Positions 30,734-32,000 of a stretch of 32,000 nucleotides of DNA are shown in pieces; position 1 is the first letter of the stretch; each line of letters begins with the position of its first letter. Where the stretch lies: NCBI GenBank assembly GCA_965229705.1, contig OZ245922.1, forward strand, positions 660,001 through 692,000, written 5' to 3'. A model generated the notes under the pieces. That model saw only the letters and a list, made by a program, of their open reading frames with translations, had not been told where the DNA came from and did not search any database. This DNA is from Candidatus Saccharimonadota bacterium (GTDB lineage Bacteria > Patescibacteriota > Gracilibacteria > BD1-5 > UBA6164). The position numbers were made by a program, and so were the translations under genes.

Positions 30734-30770
30734 ACTTCTCACTTACTTTTAGCTTTTCCCTTTAAACTTT
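30734..30770. repeat. Right arm of the 37-bp inverted repeat; followed by a second CCCTTTAAACTTT copy
   Basis: ACTTCTCACTTACTTTTAGCTTTTCCCTTTAAACTTT. The CCCTTTAAACTTT core recurs at about 30779-30791. Confidence 0.85.
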
Positions 30771-30811
30771 CTACTTTCCCCTTTAAACTTTCCCCTTTCC
30801 ACTTTTCACTC

Positions 30812-32000
30812 TTAGCTTCCAAGCTCAATAATAGCCTGATTCAAAATATCAAAAAATTTCTCTATATCTTCCCGAGTATTATATACTTGTAAACTCATTC
30901 GGCACGTGTGTGTCTGCCCAACATATTCCATGAATGGCTCCGCACAATGCTGACCTGCACGCACGCAGATACTATGATTTGCAAGATAGTCAGAGATATC
31001 AAAACTATGAATTCCCTCTACAACAAAGGTAAAAACTCCGACTCTATTAACAGGAGAAGAAGAACCAATGAGTCTGAGTTGTGGTATTTGAGAAAATTTT
31101 TCTCAAGCATATTGTACTAAATCTGCCTCTATTATTTCAAGTGTTGTGTATCATCAAATACTCTCAATATACTCAAAAGCTTTGAGTATACTCACTGCTC
31201 CTGTAAGGTTTGGTGTTCCTGGTTCAAACTTGTCTGGCAGCTTGCTACTATGCGTAAAATGATGTTGCTTCACTTCTCCTATTGCTCCTCCTCATGAAAA
31301 TATAGGTTTGAGTTCCGTAAGAAGTTCTTCTTTTGCCCATAAAACTCCTATTCCAGAATCTGCAAAAACTTTATGTCCCGTAAAAAAGAGGGCGTCACAA
31401 CCAAGTTTTTCTACATCTACCTGAAAGTGTGGAACACTCTGAGAAGCATCTACAATCAGGAGTGGTTTTTGCTGTCTTCCGTATCGAGCCAAGAGCAATG
31501 AGTTGATATGAGCAATATCAAATATTTGCCCCGTGGTATTACTCACATGTGTCAGTGAAACAACTTTTACCCTACCACTAAGCTTATCTCGAAAGTCATT
31601 ATAGTCTACATCAAAATTTTCCGTCACTCATACAAACTCTACATTGATACCATAGTCTTCTTTGAGTATGAGCCATGGAACAACATTGGCGTGATGTTCA
31701 ACAATCGTGACAAGTACGGTATCTCAGGTTTTGAGTTTATGTGATCGCTGTAAGCTTTGAGCAAGAATATTGAGAGCGTATGTGGAGTTTGCTGTGTAAA
31801 CTATCTCTCTCCAGGACTCTGCTCAGATATGTTTTGCAACCATTTTTTTTGAGTCTTCATAGAGCTTTTCTGATTGTTCTGAGATATCATAACTTCCTCT
31901 ATGAATATTTGCGTAGCTTGATCTGAGATACTCACTCATACCTTCTATAACATGTGATGGTTTTTGAGCTGTCGCAGTACTATCGAGATATACAAGATCT
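30812..32000 (-). CDS. sufS: Cysteine desulfurase SufS/NifS-type (class V aminotransferase); N-terminus beyond window end
   Basis: ...DLVYLDSTATAQKPSHVI...HHANVVPW...SLTHVSNTTGQIFD...FFTGHKVFADSGIGVLWAK...FSGGGAIGEV...FEPGTPNLTGAV...ICVRAGQHCAEPFM...CRMSLQVYNTREDIEKF... TAA at 30812. Confidence 0.92.

Noticed and set aside
1-32000. Genetic code 4 (TGA=Trp, Mycoplasma/Spiroplasma-like) as the explanation for in-frame TGA
   Set aside because: TGA sits at invariant Gly positions such as the GxxGxGKT Walker A, DNGIGMT, LVGATTR, HAGWRG and PGGVGPMT, not at Trp positions. Genuine Trp positions are encoded by TGG (for example HAGW, PKGTSDW).

Overview
AT-rich bacterial chromosomal segment. The standard-code ORFs are broken up by in-frame TGA codons. 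Reading TGA as glycine (translation table 25, used by Gracilibacteria/Absconditabacteria of the CPR/Patescibacteria) restores about 36 contiguous genes. TGA falls on invariant Gly positions, including Walker A loops, HtpG DNGIGMT, RuvB LVGATTR and PgeF HAGWRG. Every gene I could close ends in TAA or TAG, never TGA. Housekeeping content: DEAD-box helicase (partial), htpG preceded by a perfect CIRCE operator, secG, serS, smpB, ruvB, ssb, folD, hisS, pgeF, comM/yifB, cell-wall enzymes (M23 peptidase, FemAB-family transferase), and a sufS / sufU-like / IscR-like Rrf2 cluster. RNA genes: tRNA-Gly(UCC), tRNA-Pro(UGG), tRNA-Ile(GAU). Less ordinary content: (i) a ~110-nt hairpin-rich palindromic repeat in four intergenic copies, one with a nested palindromic insertion; (ii) a tight module of a beta-CASP metallo-beta-lactamase nuclease, an unknown 337-aa protein and a single-domain Clp-like AAA+ ATPase, with an unexplained +1 frame change at the second junction; (iii) two perfect 103-bp tandem copies of the 5' half of tRNA-Pro directly upstream of the intact gene; (iv) a four-helix-bundle (23S rRNA IVS-type) protein gene bracketed by 37-bp inverted repeats, inserted between sufS and the sufU-like gene; (v) a reduced type IV secretion-like set (PrgI/VirB3-like, a protein resembling only the VirB4 N-domain, T4SS pilin); (vi) a small toxin-antitoxin-like pair with an apparent frameshift. 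All calls come from manual translation and motif recognition. No database search was run.
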